From contig CAVZYA010000002.1 of assembly GCA_963779415.1 (NCBI GenBank), forward strand, positions 608,001 to 672,000: a stretch of DNA of 64,000 nucleotides, written 5' to 3'. This stretch comes from an uncultured Acidobacteriota bacterium (GTDB lineage: Bacteria; Acidobacteriota; Thermoanaerobaculia; UBA5066). The translations under genes and the position numbers were made by a program. The notes below the pieces were generated by a model that did not search any database, was not told the DNA's origin, and saw nothing but the letters and a program-made list of their open reading frames with translations. This document shows, piece by piece, positions 61,460-64,000 of this stretch. Numbering within the stretch: position 1 is the first letter of the stretch; every line of letters begins with the position of its first letter.

Positions 61460-62470
61460 TCAGTAGAGGAGCGGGATGTCGAATGCGGTGACGAGGAAGG
61501 GAGCCATCTGCCACCGGGTGACGTTGCTTGCGGGGCAGTACTTGCCGCCGCCACAGCCGGCGGTGACCCCTCCCGCATAGATGTAGTGGATGAACTTGCA
61601 GCCCCCGTCCGTCGGCGGGACGTCGCTGAAGAGGGAGTTGCCCCCCGAGGTGCAGTTGTAGGTGCCCACACCCGGGACGGTACCGCTCGTCGGCACGGTG
61701 CCGCTCGGACCGACCATGGCGGCCGCGAGGAAGACGGCCATCTGGTTCCGCGTGACGTTCGACGCCGGGCAGTAGTTGCCGCCGCCGCAGCCGGCGGTGA
61801 TCGCCTGGGCGTAGATGTAGTGGATGGAAGGGCAGGCGCCGTTGGTGGGCGCCACGTCTCCGAAGAGCGAGTTGCCGCCGCTGGCGCAGTCATAGGGTCC
61901 GACACCGGAAACGGTGCCCGACGCAGGAACCGGCACTCCAGGCCCGAGCAGGGACGTGGCGAGGAAGACGGCCATCTGCCAGCGGGTGACGTTGCTGGCG
62001 GGGCAGTAAATGCCGACGCCGCAGCCGGCGGTGATGCCGTTGTGGAGGAGGGTCTCGGCGAAGCGGTAGGCGCCGTCGGAGACGGGGACGTCGGTGAAGC
62101 TCTTGCCAATGTGGAGCGTCCAGCTCTTCGCGATACCGTTGCTGAGCGTCTCGAGGAAGGTGGCGTCCCAGTGAGTGGCGGGGCGGGAGACCGGGTTGGA
62201 GACGGAGAGGCGATAGGACGGCCCGCCGGCCGAGAAGCTGTCGGCGGTGGCTCCGGGGGCGATGGTGCCGTAGTCCGCCGACGAGTCGAGCAGGGAATAG
62301 GTCGCCCCGGCGAGACCCGCAAAGCCCGAAGCCGTGCCCGTGAGGGCGAGCGGGGAAGCACTGATGTTCTTCCAGGAAGGGTTGACGAGAACCGTCTCGC
62401 CCGGCTCGAGGATCGTGTTGACGTTCGAGACCGTGCCGATCGTGGCATGGGCATCTTCGACGAGGCCGGC
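61460..62470 (-). repeat. Shared 3' cassette, copy 4
   Basis: Aligns with the other three cassettes. Confidence 0.9.
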
Positions 62471-64000
62471 GGGCTCGCCGCTTATGTAGACGTTGACGAT
62501 CGTGGTCGGAGAGGCGCAGCCCGTGGCGGTCGTCGTCTCCACGACGGACAGGACGGTGGATCCCGAGGTTCCCGCCGTGAAGGTGATCTGGTTCGTCGTG
62601 GTGCCGGAGGTGATCGTCCCGTTGGTGATGCCCCAGCTGTAACCGTCTCCGGCGTGGGGCAGAACGCTCGCCACGAGTCCCGTCGCTCCCGGCAGGGCCG
62701 AAGCCGGGGCCGTGATGTACGGGTTGGGAACCGGATTGACGGTGACGGACGTCGTGCCGGGGGAAGAGGCGGTGCACCCGGGGACTGTCACGATGACGCT
62801 GTAGGTCCCGGCGTTCGCCGCGGTGGCGTTCGGGATGGTCGGGTTCTGGACGGCAGAGGCGAAGCCGTTCGGACCGGTCCATGCGTACGTCGCGCCGGAG
62901 ACCGTGGGCGTCGAGAGCGAAATGGTCGCGCCGGCGCAGTAGGGCCCGGTGTTGCCGGCCGTGGGCGTGGCGGTGGTGCAGAAGAAGTTGTATCCGCCGA
63001 CGAGCGTGTAGCCCTGATTTCCCGGATTGATCACCGTGACGTCTGCCGCGCCCGAGGCGTGGGCGGGCGTCGCGGCCGTGATCGTCGTGGCGTTCACCCT
63101 GACGACCGAGGTCGCGCTTGCGCCGCCGATCTTCACCGCGACTCCGCTGGCGAAGTTCGAGCCGCTGATCGTGACGGCGGTCCCGCCGAGGGGGGTACCC
63201 GACGGCGGCGAGATCCCCGTCACCACCGGGCCGGGCACCGTTCCGAAGCAGGACGACTGGCCTTCGACGAAGCTCCGGATCGTCGTCTTCACGACCTGGC
63301 TCGGTTCGCCCGTCACGCCGAGATACATCTTGATGGCGCTGTATCCGCCGATCAGGTGGCAGTAGCTCATGACCGTCCCCTTCTCCGGGGGGACGCTCGT
63401 CGGTCCGGAGTAGCAGCCCGCCTCGCCCGCGTAGCACTTGTCGACGGGCGGGCTGTAGCAGTGGGTATGCACCGATCCGAAGTTGTGCCCCAGCTCGTGC
63501 GTGACGGCGAAGAAGTCCCAGTAGGTCGTCGAGATGTTCGGGGGAGAGACGCCGCTCAGGTTCCCGGTGACTCCGTATGAGAACCAACTGCAGAGCGAAT
63601 CGAGATATGCGATCCCTCCGCCCAGTCCCCGTCCGGACAGCATGTGTGCCGTCGTACGTGGTACGGCGGTCCGGTTCGCATTCCAGTAGGTGACGAACTC
63701 GGACAGGGCACCCGACGAATTCGTGGCCGTCCACGGGTCGTCCGACGTCGTCCAGATGGAGAGATAGTTGACCTGTTGCGTGACGAGAACGTCGCGCTGG
63801 TAGACCGCAGAGATGGCGGCGAAGAGGTCGCCGACATAACTCGTGAGATTCGGGACCGAGTTGAACTTCGCATAGAGCTCGTGGTCGGTCTCGATGGCGA
63901 TCCCCGCGTAGTACATGACGCTGCTCAGAGGAGCTGTCGGAGATTTCGGGACCAGCGCCTCCGGGGGAACCGGCAAAGCGTCCGCATCGCAACGAAAGAG
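61460..64000 (-). CDS. Secreted M12B/reprolysin-like zinc metalloprotease + IPT + Ig-like + EPGET + SLH-like repeats (5' truncated by window)
   Basis: [11 protein letters not shown] zinc motif, Met-turn TVMSY, GGGIAY; shared C-terminal cassette. Confidence 0.9.
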   Translation of the reverse strand, partial: LFRCDADALPVPPEALVPKSPTAPLSSVMYYAGIAIETDHELYAKFNSVPNLTSYVGDLFAAISAVYQRDVLVTQQVNYLSIWTTSDDPWTATNSSGALSEFVTYWNANRTAVPRTTAHMLSGRGLGGGIAYLDSLCSWFSYGVTGNLSGVSPPNISTTYWDFFAVTHELGHNFGSVHTHCYSPPVDKCYAGEAGCYSGPTSVPPEKGTVMSYCHLIGGYSAIKMYLGVTGEPSQVVKTTIRSFVEGQSSCFGTVPGPVVTGISPPSGTPLGGTAVTISGSNFASGVAVKIGGASATSVVRVNATTITAATPAHASGAADVTVINPGNQGYTLVGGYNFFCTTATPTAGNTGPYCAGATISLSTPTVSGATYAWTGPNGFASAVQNPTIPNATAANAGTYSVIVTVPGCTASSPGTTSVTVNPVPNPYITAPASALPGATGLVASVLPHAGDGYSWGITNGTITSGTTTNQITFTAGTSGSTVLSVVETTTATGCASPTTIVNVYISGEPAGLVEDAHATIGTVSNVNTILEPGETVLVNPSWKNISASPLALTGTASGFAGLAGATYSLLDSSADYGTIAPGATADSFSAGGPSYRLSVSNPVSRPATHWDATFLETLSNGIAKSWTLHIGKSFTDVPVSDGAYRFAETLLHNGITAGCGVGIYCPASNVTRWQMAVFLATSLLGPGVPVPASGTVSGVGPYDCASGGNSLFGDVAPTNGACPSIHYIYAQAITAGCGGGNYCPASNVTRNQMAVFLAAAMVGPSGTVPTSGTVPGVGTYNCTSGGNSLFSDVPPTDGGCKFIHYIYAGGVTAGCGGGKYCPASNVTRWQMAPFLVTAFDIPLLY

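Noticed and set aside
46572-62470. Diversity-generating retroelement template/variable repeat pairs among the duplicated segments
   Set aside because: Differences do not look adenine-specific, both copies are coding, and no reverse transcriptase is present

Overview
GC-rich bacterial window with no rRNA, tRNA, tmRNA, CRISPR array or transposase recognisable by eye. lpxC indicates a diderm. The style of the secreted proteins suggests Acidobacteriota (Thermoanaerobaculia-like), which is an inference only. 0-7.8 kb is housekeeping: ftcD end, NtrX/NtrY-like pair, DUF4390, lpxC, a GAF/HD-GYP protein and smpB. The remaining ~56 kb is a cell-surface locus. It encodes Wzm/Wzt, a WecB/MnaA epimerase, GT2/GT4 enzymes, DegT and GNAT sugar modifiers, and a CsaB-like pyruvyltransferase apparently fused to a coiled coil and GT4+GT2 modules. 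It also encodes five GT-C/YfhO-like membrane proteins, a Thr-type sulfatase-fold protein, and five large secreted proteins ending in Cys-rich SLH-like repeats; four of these share a near-identical ~1 kb 3' cassette. The main hypothesis is a Gram-positive-style 'pyruvylated glycan + SLH' surface-display system in an LPS-producing organism. Many genes carry single-base frameshifts that look like long-read assembly errors, so the reconstructed fusions need read-level confirmation.
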